From Hyphomonadaceae bacterium (lineage in GTDB: Bacteria; Pseudomonadota; Alphaproteobacteria; Caulobacterales; Aquidulcibacteraceae): 64,000 bases of DNA. This document shows, in pieces, positions 17,448-27,986 of the stretch. A model generated the notes under the pieces. That model was not told where the DNA came from. It ran no database searches and was given only the letters and a program-made list of their open reading frames with translations. Location: contig JBFWOC010000002.1 in NCBI GenBank assembly GCA_050250735.1, forward strand, positions 56,614 through 120,613. Reading direction: 5' to 3'. Both the position numbers and the translations under genes were made by a program. How positions within the stretch are numbered: position 1 is the first letter of the stretch; each line of letters begins with the position of its first letter.

Positions 17448-19328
17448 ATGCGTTTCACCGACACCTTGCTACGCCAGGTGCGCGACCGGGTTTCGATTGC
17501 CGATTACGCCGGCAAGCGGCTGACCTGGCACAAGCACAAGTCCCGGCCTTCGGCCGGCGACTATTGGGCCTGTTGTCCGTTCCACCAAGAGAAGAGCCCA
17601 TCCTTCCACGTGCTGGACAACAAGGGTCTCTTCAAATGCTTCGGCTGCGGCGAAAAGGGTGATGTCTTCACGCTCGCCATGAAACTCGAAGGCTTGAGCT
17701 TTCCCGAAGCGGTCGAGAAGTTCGCCGAGATCGCCGGCGTGGCGCTGCCGAAGGACGATTACGCCGATCGCGGCGAGAGCGATCACAGGAAGCGTCTCTA
17801 CGCCGTCGCCGCGGCGGCGGCGAAATTGTTCGCCACCGCGCTGCGCTCGTCGGGCGGCGCCGAGGCGCGCAAATATCTGCAAGGGCGCGGCTTCGGGCCA
17901 GAGGAATGGGAGCGCTTTTCGATCGGCTTCGCGCCGGACGAATGGACCTGGACCATCGACAAGCTCAAGGCTGAAGGCTTCAGCACCGAAGAGATCGTCG
18001 CCGCCGGAATCGCGCGCGAAGGCGAGGAAGGCAAGCGCGCCATCGACACTTTCCGCGGCCGCATCACCTTCGAGATAACCGACACTGCAGGCAAGGTCAT
18101 CGGCTTCGGCGGCCGCGCGCTCGCAAAGGACGCCAAGGCCAAATACATCAACTCGCCGGAAACGCCGCTCTATTCCAAGAGCCGCGTGCTCTACCGCCTG
18201 AAGCAGGCCCGTGAAGTGCTGACAAAGACCAAGGCTGACGGCCTCGTCGTCGGCGAAGGCTATCTCGACGTGATCGCGTTCGAACGCGCCGGGATCGCAG
18301 CGGTGGCCCCGTGCGGCACCGCGCTGACCGAAGAGCAACTGCACTTGCTCTGGCGCGCGGGCGGCGCGCCGGTGCTCTGCCTCGACGGCGACGCTGCCGG
18401 TCAGCGCGCCGCCGACCGCGCGCTCGATCTGGCGCTGCCCCAACTCGCACCCGGACGCACCATCCGCATCGCCTACGCCCCGCAAGGCGAAGACCCGGAC
18501 GACATTTTCCGCCGCGCCGGGGCCGAAGCGCTGGCCGCGCTCGTCGCCGCCTCGGTCCCCGCTTCGGCGGCGCTGTTCGAACGCGAAAAGGCGCGCCACG
18601 GCGTGGCCACGCCGGAAGCGCAAGCCGCGTTTCAGGCGGCGCTGAAAGAGGCGATCGGCAAAATCGCCGACCGCGAAACCCAGCGCGCGTTTTTCTCCGA
18701 TCTCATGAGCCGGGCGAATGCGCTGGTTCGCAGCCAGCGCCCGGCGTTCGCGCCGAACCAGAACAGCGGCTACAGACGCAAGGGCGAGCCCGCGGGCGTC
18801 ACCGCAGAACTGAAGGCGCACGCCGCGGCGCACCGTCCGCGCCCGGCCGCCGAGAGCTTCCTGCGCGCCGCCGCCGACACCCCCGCGATCCTTGCCAGCT
18901 ACGGCAGTTGGATCGAGCGTCTGGCCATCACCGATCCCGACCTCGAAGCCATCCGCGCCGCTCTGCTTCAGTTCGCCGATGACCCTGAATCCCATGGGGC
19001 CATTGACCGGGGAAGGCTGAGCCTCCATTTGACCCGGTCGGGTCAGGAACGCGCGGCGGCGCGCATCAGCCGTTGGCCGAAGGCGAAAGCTCCAGCCGAG
19101 GGGGCGGACGTCGGTGCGGAATGGCTGGCCTTGGCGACACGGGAAGTCGTGGCGCCGGCAATCAGGGAGGAATTGGCGGAGCTCCGCCAGGCGGCAGCCG
19201 ATGGGGACGACCAGGCCTTCGCTCGCTTTCAGGCTTTGAGCCGCGAAGCGCGCGAAATCGAGGCGCGCGCCCGCGAAGCCAAATTGGACGATGTGCAAGA
19301 AGACGACCCGAGCGGCCTAGTCGCCTAA
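17448..19328 (+). CDS. dnaG: DNA primase
   Basis: 626 aa. CCPFHQEKSPSFHVLDNKGLFKCFGCGEKGDVF is the CHC2 zinc finger. VVGEGYLDVIAF is the TOPRIM EGxxD motif. It lies immediately upstream of rpoD, the classic arrangement. Confidence 0.95.
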   Translation: MRFTDTLLRQVRDRVSIADYAGKRLTWHKHKSRPSAGDYWACCPFHQEKSPSFHVLDNKGLFKCFGCGEKGDVFTLAMKLEGLSFPEAVEKFAEIAGVALPKDDYADRGESDHRKRLYAVAAAAAKLFATALRSSGGAEARKYLQGRGFGPEEWERFSIGFAPDEWTWTIDKLKAEGFSTEEIVAAGIAREGEEGKRAIDTFRGRITFEITDTAGKVIGFGGRALAKDAKAKYINSPETPLYSKSRVLYRLKQAREVLTKTKADGLVVGEGYLDVIAFERAGIAAVAPCGTALTEEQLHLLWRAGGAPVLCLDGDAAGQRAADRALDLALPQLAPGRTIRIAYAPQGEDPDDIFRRAGAEALAALVAASVPASAALFEREKARHGVATPEAQAAFQAALKEAIGKIADRETQRAFFSDLMSRANALVRSQRPAFAPNQNSGYRRKGEPAGVTAELKAHAAAHRPRPAAESFLRAAADTPAILASYGSWIERLAITDPDLEAIRAALLQFADDPESHGAIDRGRLSLHLTRSGQERAAARISRWPKAKAPAEGADVGAEWLALATREVVAPAIREELAELRQAAADGDDQAFARFQALSREAREIEARAREAKLDDVQEDDPSGLVA

Positions 19329-19358
19329 CTTTTGATGCCTATTTTCGGAACTGAGTGA

Positions 19359-21443
<2,085 letters not shown>

Positions 21444-21576
21444 AGAGAAGTGAATGGCGCTTGTTACGGCGGCCTGCTGGCGAAATCCCCGGCAAGAAGA
21501 GTCAAACTATTCAGCTAGACAAGGCTGGCGCTAAGAAGCTGATCGAAATTTTAACAAGCGAGTTCGATCTCTAGTC

Positions 21577-21616
21577 GTCATTCCGGACGCGCGGAGCGCG
21601 ATCCGGAACCCAGGGG
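21577..21616 (+). repeat. REP-like palindromic intergenic repeat, copy 1
   Basis: gtcattccggacgcgcggagcgcgatccggaacccagggg contains the internal palindrome TTCCGGA...TCCGGAA. It is nearly identical to 21918-21959. Confidence 0.8.
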
Positions 21617-21709
21617 AAACGCAACGCACTCTCCTCCCTATAGGTAGAGGTTCACAATGCCCGTACGAGTGAAAGAATGACACGCACGAGTGAAGGAGTG
21701 ACACAAACA

Positions 21710-21734
21710 CCCTCTCCCGCACTGCGGGAGAGGG
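21710..21734 (+). repeat. GC-rich hairpin (11-bp stem, 3-nt loop), terminator-like
   Basis: ccctctcccgc act gcgggagaggg, followed by ttcattcggttt. It is preceded by two 19-nt direct repeats (acgagtgaaAgaAtgacac / acgagtgaaGgaGtgacac, 21665-21704). Confidence 0.6.
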
Positions 21735-21774
21735 TTCATTCGGTTTCGCTGCGCTTGGCGCGTAAGACTCCCCC

Positions 21775-21907
21775 ATGCGCTTCCCCCATTCCATGATCCG
21801 CGTCGGCGACCTGCCCGCTGCGCTCGACTTCCTCATCAACAAGCTCGGCATGATCGAGCGAAAACCGCGTCGAGAACGAAAAACGCCGCTTCACCCTCGA
21901 AGCGTGA
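21775..21907 (+). pseudogene. N-terminal remnant of lactoylglutathione lyase (glyoxalase I), frameshifted and truncated by a REP element
   Basis: MRFPHSMIRVGDLPAALDFLINKLGM resembles the GloA N-terminus (MRLLHTMLRVGDL..S..FY...LGM). After a 1-nt shift, RVENEKRRFTLEA continues the expected sequence. The reading then runs into REP copy 2. Track ORF 21775..21963 is this chimera. Confidence 0.55.
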
Positions 21908-21917
21908 ACACACTCCC

Positions 21918-22025
21918 GTCATTCCGGACGCGCGGAGCGCGATCCGGAATCCAGGCGCCGTAAAGCTAACGTGATTGCCCCTGGATTCCGGGCTCTCAGC
22001 TGCGCTGAGCCCCGGAATGACGAAG
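21918..22025. repeat. inverted pair of REP-like elements (copies 2 and 3)
   Basis: 21918-21959 gtcattccggacgcgcggagcgcgatccggaatccaggcgcc and 21977-22025 gcccctggattccgggctctcagctgcgctgagccccggaatgacgaag. The GTCATTCCGG/CCGGAATGAC and CCGGAATCCAGG/CCTGGATTCCGG ends face each other. Confidence 0.8.
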
Positions 22026-22054
22026 CGCTCGGATCGTGCTACATTTCACTACCC

Positions 22055-22318
22055 ATGCCCGCCGACACGCTCACCATCTCCCTCACCGGCCCGCTCGCGG
22101 ACGAAATCCGTGCCGCAGCCGAGGCACGCGGGCTGACGCCGGAGGACTACATCCGTGAACTGGCCGCGGACGACGCCGCCTTCGAGGCCGAGTACAACGA
22201 CCTGAGCTGGGAGGAAGACCTGCGCCGGCTCGAAGAGCCCGGCGAGAATGTCCCTGCCGAACAACTCTTCGCCGAAATCCGCGCCCGTCTCGAAGCTCGC
22301 ATCGCGCGCAGCAAATGA
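22055..22318 (+). CDS. type II antitoxin (ParD/RHH-like)
   Basis: 87 aa from the ATG at 22055, within track ORF 21971..22318. MPADTLTISLTGPLADEIRAAAEARGLTPEDYIRELA is ribbon-helix-helix-like. There is a 4-nt ATGA overlap with the downstream toxin gene. Confidence 0.7.
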   Translation: MPADTLTISLTGPLADEIRAAAEARGLTPEDYIRELAADDAAFEAEYNDLSWEEDLRRLEEPGENVPAEQLFAEIRARLEARIARSK

Positions 22319-22599
22319 AGCGCCTGGAGTTGCGTCCGGCCGCCCGGCGCGACGCGCTCCGCTTCGAACGCTCCCTAAACCGCCGCAGCCCGCGCGCCGC
22401 TCTGCGCATGTTCGACCTGTTGACAGGCCGCATCCTTTCCCTCGCTCGCGAGCCGATGAAGGGCGTCGAGCGCGAGCACGGCTTCCGCGAACTCTATGTG
22501 AAATTCGGAAAATCCGCTTATGTCATCCGCTATCGAGTGACCGACGACGCCGTAATCGTCACGCGCATCTGGCACGGTCGTCAGAAGCGGCCGCGCTAA
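22315..22599 (+). CDS. type II toxin, ParE/RelE superfamily
   Basis: 94 aa. The size, position after a small RHH gene, and YVIRYRVTDDAVIVTRIWHGRQ are typical of the ParE C-terminus. Confidence 0.75.
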   Translation: MKRLELRPAARRDALRFERSLNRRSPRAALRMFDLLTGRILSLAREPMKGVEREHGFRELYVKFGKSAYVIRYRVTDDAVIVTRIWHGRQKRPR

Positions 22600-22691
22600 A
22601 CGTCCGCACCTCTTCGACACCGTGGGACCCGCGGATTGAGTCACGCTGCGGCTCGCCGGCGGATGGCGCGAGCTGTAGGCGCGAGCCGCGC

Positions 22692-23105
22692 TCAGACCCC
22701 CGCTTCGCGCTCCGCCATCACTGGCGCGCCCGGCGACGCATACGGCGTCATCAGCACTTCGGCGTACTCGGGCCCGCCCTGCGACACCTGGCGCATGCCG
22801 CTTGGCGTAACGCGCACGACATCCCAGGCGCGATCGTCGAGCGCCGCACGAATGGCCGCCGTGCGCGCCGCGGCATGGGCGCCGCTCGCCGATACGTGCA
22901 ATTCCGAATAGGCGCACCCCGCGACGTTCCGGGCCGCGGCGTCAAGCATCGCCAACGCCGCGTCATCGAGAACCGTCGAGCCGTGCGAAAAATAAATCCT
23001 GAAGGTCGTCGTCGAGCAGCGCGCGTCAGTAGCGCCGGTCTGGGCGACAGCAGGGCCGGCAAGCGCCAGAGCCGCAAAGGCGAAGATCGTCGAACGTACC
23101 CGCAT
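22692..23105 (-). CDS. secreted hypothetical protein
   Basis: Track ORF 22692..23186. ATG at 23105 has GGAGAG upstream and a signal peptide MRVRSTIFAFAALALAGPAVAQ. Confidence 0.55.
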   Translation of the reverse strand: MRVRSTIFAFAALALAGPAVAQTGATDARCSTTTFRIYFSHGSTVLDDAALAMLDAAARNVAGCAYSELHVSASGAHAAARTAAIRAALDDRAWDVVRVTPSGMRQVSQGGPEYAEVLMTPYASPGAPVMAEREAGV

Positions 23106-23351
23106 CGTTTTTCTCTCCGTTGCCGCGTCGGGACGCGGGTTTTGGTCAAGAGCGCGAGGCCGGTCAGCCCGCCCTCGATCGAACAACGCCCGAGCGCGCC
23201 GGTTTCATCCCACCCGACTGCCGAAGAATTTTGAAACCCGGATAGAAGCGCGCTCCATCCATGCCGCCGCCGCATCAAGTCGCTGAAAACAAACGCCTGC
23301 CCGACGATCAATCCGACCGGCATCGCGCCCGGTGCATACTCGGCGCCGCAC

Positions 23352-23963
23352 ATGTCCCCCGATCCCGCCACCATCACCCGCACCGCACCGCTCGCGTTCT
23401 GGCGCATCGCCGAGGCGTTCTTGCACCTGCTCACCGCGCTCTTCGGCGCGCCCGAACACATCGCGGCGCGCCATTCGTTCACGCATAGGTCCTACGTCCG
23501 GATGATGTCATGGTTGCGTGCGGGCGAAGCGCTGCTGCGCCGCCTGCTTGCAATCGAAGCGGCCGCTTACGCCAAACCGAACACGCGTGCGTTGCTGCGC
23601 TCGGCGCGCAAGCGCACGCGTCGCGCCGCCGAGTTCTGGCCGGAAAAACCTCAGGAGTGGCGGGTCAGTTTCCGCTGCTTCGCGAGCGCTACGGATCGTC
23701 CGCGCACACGCGGCGGCCGCGGTCCCAGCGCCGAAAGACGTTTCCACGACGCCTGGCCCGCGGCCCTGCGTTTCGAAGCGCTCATCCGCGCCTTCAACGA
23801 TCCCCAAACCTACGCGCGCCGCATCGCCAGACGCCTCCACGCCAATATCGCGCGCTTGACCTGCCTGCTCCACGCGCCGGACAGCTACCAACATCGCGTC
23901 GACTGCGCCGCCGCGATCACCAGCGCCGTCCATGCAGCGTGGCCAATGCCTGACTCCAGCTAG
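23352..23963 (+). CDS. hypothetical protein
   Basis: 203 aa. Third-position GC is strongly elevated in this frame when read by hand. No recognisable domain. Confidence 0.5.
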   Translation: MSPDPATITRTAPLAFWRIAEAFLHLLTALFGAPEHIAARHSFTHRSYVRMMSWLRAGEALLRRLLAIEAAAYAKPNTRALLRSARKRTRRAAEFWPEKPQEWRVSFRCFASATDRPRTRGGRGPSAERRFHDAWPAALRFEALIRAFNDPQTYARRIARRLHANIARLTCLLHAPDSYQHRVDCAAAITSAVHAAWPMPDSS

Positions 23964-24007
23964 CTCCGTGCCAGCAAATTCCTTCTTCCGTGGCGACCAT
24001 GCGCTCA

Positions 24008-24607
24008 TCAGGCGTAATTAAAGCTCACGCTCACGCGGCTCTTCTTCGCGCCGTTGATCGGCACTTCGTGGCGCACGAAACTCTCCCACATCAGCACTTC
24101 GCCGGCTTTCGGGCTGACATAAACAAAGGTGCGCTCCTGCTCGGGCGCGTCTTCGCGCCGGCTTGGCGCCGCCATCATCAAGGGATGGCGCGGATCTTCG
24201 AGTTTCAATGCAGACGCGTTCGCCGGCACGTCGACATAGTACGTGCCGGAAAGCACGCAGTGCGGGTGGATATGACCCGTGTGGACGCCGCCGGGTTCGA
24301 GCAGGTTTATCCAGATCGAATCGAGCCTCAGCTTGCGGCCGCCGAGTTCGAGATGCAGTTCGCGCGCGAACGCGGCTGCGTGCTTGTCGAGCGCTTGCTT
24401 CAACTCGGCAAAGTTCGGATCGCGCTTGGGCAGGTCGTCGAGCGAGGCATAGGAGGTGTAGCCGCAATAGCCGTGTTCGCGGCTCCAACGCTGGCCGGCC
24501 GTATCGGCGCCGGCAATTGCGCGGCAGCTCCGCAGCAATGCGCCATTATCGATCCCGTCGAGCGCAGCGCGATAGAGCTTGGTGACGAAGAGCGTGGTGG
24601 TCGGCAT
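24008..24607 (-). CDS. putative 2OG-Fe(II) oxygenase family protein (TIGR02466-like)
   Basis: Track ORF 24008..24655; ATG at 24607 gives MPTTTLFVTKLYRA. GGVHTGHIHPHCVLSGTYYVDVP and GEVLMWESFVRHEV fit that family as I remember it. Confidence 0.65.
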   Translation of the reverse strand: MPTTTLFVTKLYRAALDGIDNGALLRSCRAIAGADTAGQRWSREHGYCGYTSYASLDDLPKRDPNFAELKQALDKHAAAFARELHLELGGRKLRLDSIWINLLEPGGVHTGHIHPHCVLSGTYYVDVPANASALKLEDPRHPLMMAAPSRREDAPEQERTFVYVSPKAGEVLMWESFVRHEVPINGAKKSRVSVSFNYA

Positions 24608-24753
24608 GCGCGCTGTTTGCCGCGGACAAAGCCGGGCGGCAAACCCATTCGCCACGAGAAAATGGCGCCCTCTTCTCCCACCAAAACGGGATACGAGGGC
24701 GCCAGGCAGGTCGCGTCCGTGCGGGAGGCGGAGGACGCGTTTCGGGGCAGGCT

Positions 24754-25074
24754 TTATTGGGCGATGGAAGCGGCGGACGCTGTCTGCAGCGTCGGCGTAA
24801 TGGCCGCGATCGCCAACGCAGGCGCGCGCGTCACGTCACAGCGGACGTTTTGCAGACGATGGTTGCGCCAAACGTCGAATTCGACCCGTACAGCGCGCGG
24901 ACGCACGCGGACCTGGTCGAATCGCACCGTGGCGCCCTCGCCGGCCTGCGCCGTTACTTCGGCGCGGCAGAGTTCGATGGCGCGGGTGCGGTCGGCGACC
25001 TGGTCGGCGCTGGCCACGCTCGGAATCACCAGCACGGCGGTCAACGCCATGGCGGACATAAGCAAATTTTTCAT
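24754..25074 (-). CDS. small secreted hypothetical protein
   Basis: Track ORF 24754..25107. ATG at 25074 has GGAGGG upstream and a signal peptide MKNLLMSAMALTAVLVIPSVASA. Confidence 0.55.
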   Translation of the reverse strand: MKNLLMSAMALTAVLVIPSVASADQVADRTRAIELCRAEVTAQAGEGATVRFDQVRVRPRAVRVEFDVWRNHRLQNVRCDVTRAPALAIAAITPTLQTASAASIAQ

Positions 25075-25109
25075 CTGACCCTCCGGGGAGTGAGGGACCG
25101 GCCGCACTA

Positions 25110-25152
25110 TGATGACCGGTCTATCTGTCAGTTATCACTAGACCGGTCGTCA
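25110..25152. promoter_or_regulatory. candidate TetR operator (14-bp inverted repeat, 15-bp spacer)
   Basis: tgatgaccggtcta N15 tagaccggtcgtca, with 13/14 complementary. It lies in the divergent intergenic region just upstream of the TetR gene. Confidence 0.45.
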
Positions 25153-25172
25153 TACAAGTGGTATTCGAGGTC

Positions 25173-25754
25173 ATGGCCAAACTTTCTTCGGCTCGCGAGG
25201 ACATGCTCGCCGCCGCAGTCGATCTATTCGGCGAGCGCGGCTATGAGGGCGTCGGCATTGCCGAACTCCTGAACCGCTCCTGCTGTCCGCGCGGCTCGCT
25301 CTACTTTCATTTTCCCGGCGGCAAGGAGCAGATCGGCGTCGAAGTCGTCGGTCGAGTCGGCGCCGAAGTCGCGCAGCGCTTCCGCGAACTGCACGAAAGC
25401 GGCGTCGACCTGGATACGTTCATCGAACGCGTGTTCAAGACCACCGCCAAGGAATGCAAGGACCGTCAATACGCCGCCTCCTGTCCGATGGCCGCGATCG
25501 CCACCGGCTTCGGCGAAGCCAATCCCAAACTCGCCGCCGCGGTTGGCGAGGCGTTTTCGCTCTGGGAGCACGAGATCGCCAATGCTGCGCAAGCCCGCGG
25601 CATGGCCGCCAAGAACGCAGCGACGTTCGCCTCGGCTATGGTCGCCGCGATCGAAGGCGCATTCGTCGTGTCCAAGGCGCAGCGTTCCTCGGCGCCGCAT
25701 ATCAACGCCTCGCGCGCGATGCAGGCGCTGGCTGCTTCGCTGCTCGGCAATTGA
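25173..25754 (+). CDS. TetR family transcriptional regulator
   Basis: AREDMLAAAVDLFGERGYEGVGIAELLNRSCCPRGSLYFHFPGGKEQ is a TetR-type HTH. ATG at 25173 lies within track ORF 25158..25754. Confidence 0.85.
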   Translation: MAKLSSAREDMLAAAVDLFGERGYEGVGIAELLNRSCCPRGSLYFHFPGGKEQIGVEVVGRVGAEVAQRFRELHESGVDLDTFIERVFKTTAKECKDRQYAASCPMAAIATGFGEANPKLAAAVGEAFSLWEHEIANAAQARGMAAKNAATFASAMVAAIEGAFVVSKAQRSSAPHINASRAMQALAASLLGN

Positions 25755-25820
25755 GCGCCACGCGCGACCTTGAAACCGGCGGCGGTTGCATCACAATCAT
25801 CGCGGTCCGCAACGACAGGG

Positions 25821-26801
25821 ATGGTCGTGGCCAAAGCCAGCATCGCCGACAATGTTCGCCGCTGGCTGCCGCGCACCGGCAGCATCGCGGCCTATGTCGT
25901 CGCCCTCGCTCTGGTTGGGTTCGGCGTGTTGTTGCGGTTTCCCCTCGACGCCATGGCCGGCGGCGAGCCGCTGCCGCCCTACATCACGCTCTATCCGATG
26001 GTCATGATCGCGGCGTTCGCCGGCGGCATCCGCGCCGGATTAGCCGCGATGATCGCAGCCGCGCTCGGCGCCTGGTCGCTTTGGCTTGCCCCGCCGACGC
26101 AGGGCCCGATCAACGCGCTGCGGGCGGCGACCGGCATCATCTTCCTGTTCACCGGCGCGGCCACCGTTTTGCTGTGCGGCTTCGCCCGCTTGCTTCTCGA
26201 CGAAGTCGCCGCCAGCGAAGAGGCGCGCACGCGCATGGCGCGCGAGTCCGTGCATCGCATCAAGAATCTGCTGGCGGTGATCCAGTCGATCTCGCGCAAG
26301 ATCGGTCGTGACGCGCCGGACGTCGCCTCATACCGCGAGCGCCTCGACGCCCGTCTCGGGGCGCTGGCGGTGGCGCAAGACATATTGCTCAAGCGCGATT
26401 GGAACGATGTCGACTTGAACGATCTGCTGCGTTCTACGCTTGGACCGTTTCTGCCCAATCCGAGATTGGAACTGCATCGGGGACCAAGCGTGGCGGTGCC
26501 GAAAGAAGCAGTGACGCCGCTCAGCATGGCGCTCTACGAATTGGCGACGAACTCGGCGAAATACGGCGCGCTCGCAAACCCCGACGGCTTCGTGCGGCTG
26601 GAGGCGCGCCTGCATGACGGACGCTGTGCGCTTGAATGGCGCGAAGTTGGCCTGGCGCAAATGGCCGTCGGCGAAAGCGCCGGTCTCGGCGCGGCGCTGA
26701 TCCGCACGGCGCTGTCCTCGGTCGAGGACGCAACCGTCGTTTATGACGTAAGTCCCCAATCTGTCGCCTGCGTGTTCGAATGGCCGGTCGCTTCCGCCTA
26801 G
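25821..26801 (+). CDS. membrane-associated HWE family sensor histidine kinase
   Basis: Track ORF 25770..26801; ATG at 25821. An N-terminal hydrophobic region is followed by ARESVHRIKNLLAVIQSISRKI (H box) and LYELATNSAKYGAL (N box), typical of HWE kinases. Confidence 0.8.
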   Translation: MVVAKASIADNVRRWLPRTGSIAAYVVALALVGFGVLLRFPLDAMAGGEPLPPYITLYPMVMIAAFAGGIRAGLAAMIAAALGAWSLWLAPPTQGPINALRAATGIIFLFTGAATVLLCGFARLLLDEVAASEEARTRMARESVHRIKNLLAVIQSISRKIGRDAPDVASYRERLDARLGALAVAQDILLKRDWNDVDLNDLLRSTLGPFLPNPRLELHRGPSVAVPKEAVTPLSMALYELATNSAKYGALANPDGFVRLEARLHDGRCALEWREVGLAQMAVGESAGLGAALIRTALSSVEDATVVYDVSPQSVACVFEWPVASA

Positions 26802-27265
26802 GCAGCGCGTTCGATCAGCGCTGCGAAACACCCTCGCCGGGCGTAGTGGGCGTGGATATAGGCGACATTTTCGTTGGCAAAGCAGCGCGCGATCGTCACC
26901 GCCATGTCAGCGCCATCGCAGAGTTCGGCTTCGATCATCATGCCCGCGGCGTCAAAACCGCGCAACGAAAGCGGGCGGCGCGCGAGCGCGGGCGGGACCG
27001 TGTCCTGAGCGTCGTACCGCTGCATGGTTCTGCGAACGAAGATCGGCCCCTGCTGGCGATACGGCGTGGCGGCGGCCTGATGCAGGTGAGCCAGCAACAA
27101 CACGGCTTCACCGGGCTGGGCGTCGTCGAGCGAAATGCGGCACGGGGCTGCATGTTCGTGCTCCACCCGCACGCGGCGAACGCCTGCAGCCGCGAGATCA
27201 GAGTCCGACAACGCGTGCAGATGCGCAAACGCCGCGGGGTCGAGGCCGCTGATGCGAAATGTCAT
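26798..27265 (-). CDS. DUF1203 domain protein
   Basis: Track ORF 26798..27301; ATG at 27265 has GGAG upstream. MTFRISGLDP..PCRISLDDAQPGEAVLLLAHLH..TPYRQQGPIFVRR matches DUF1203. Confidence 0.7.
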   Translation of the reverse strand: MTFRISGLDPAAFAHLHALSDSDLAAAGVRRVRVEHEHAAPCRISLDDAQPGEAVLLLAHLHQAAATPYRQQGPIFVRRTMQRYDAQDTVPPALARRPLSLRGFDAAGMMIEAELCDGADMAVTIARCFANENVAYIHAHYARRGCFAALIERAA

Positions 27266-27350
27266 GAACGTCTCCAAGCTCAGGATCGCACCATGACGCA
27301 AAGCGCCTGCGCGTGCTGGCCGGATTCGGACCCTGTGCTAGTGTTTGGAA

Positions 27351-27986
27351 ATGCGCCTCAATCAAGTTACCGCCGCAGCGGCTGATCTCGACGCATCGAT
27401 CGCTTTCTACCGCTTGCTCGGACTGAAGCTGATCGTGCGAAGCCCGGAGTATGCGCGGTTCGAATTGCCGCGCGGCGAGGCTACGTTTTCCCTTCACGTG
27501 ACCCAGGCTGAGATCCCGCGTGAGCACGCGCCGAAGCTCTATTTCGAAGTGAGCAATGTTGAACTCGATGCGCTGGTCGGAAGACTGAAACAAGCGGGCG
27601 TCGTCTTCGACAGCGAGCCGGTGATGCAACGCTGGCAGTGGCGCGAGGCATGGCTGCGCGATCCGGCCGGCAATCAGCTCTGCCTCTATCACGCCGGAGA
27701 CAATAGACGGTTCCCGCCCTGGCGGCTTGGCGGCGAAACGAGCGCCGTCAATCTGCACCTCGTCATTCGCGACGGCGGGAAATGGGCAATCGTGAAACTC
27801 GACGGCGGCGCCGGGGCCTGGCGCACGCTGCAGCAGCGCTTCGGCGACTACACGACCTCGCTCGGACCCTACGACCTCGATGCATTGCTGGCGCTGCTGG
27901 AGTTCGAGTGGCTCGAGCTTTTCCTTGCCCACGAAGACAAGATTCGCGTCTTTGCCGAAAGCGAGGAGAACGAACTGGAATTCTAG
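27351..27986 (+). CDS. VOC (glyoxalase/bleomycin-resistance) family protein with C-terminal extension
   Basis: Track ORF 27345..27986 (TTG); ATG at 27351. LNQVTAAAADLDASIAFYRLLGL..EAWLRDPAGNQLCLYHAG is a VOC fold. About 90 extra C-terminal residues are of unknown nature. Confidence 0.7.
   Translation: MRLNQVTAAAADLDASIAFYRLLGLKLIVRSPEYARFELPRGEATFSLHVTQAEIPREHAPKLYFEVSNVELDALVGRLKQAGVVFDSEPVMQRWQWREAWLRDPAGNQLCLYHAGDNRRFPPWRLGGETSAVNLHLVIRDGGKWAIVKLDGGAGAWRTLQQRFGDYTTSLGPYDLDALLALLEFEWLELFLAHEDKIRVFAESEENELEF

Noticed and set aside
21775-21963. Track ORF of 62 aa as an intact small gene
   Set aside because: It is a chimera of a GloA-like N-terminal remnant and a REP element translation (SFRTRGARSGIQ).
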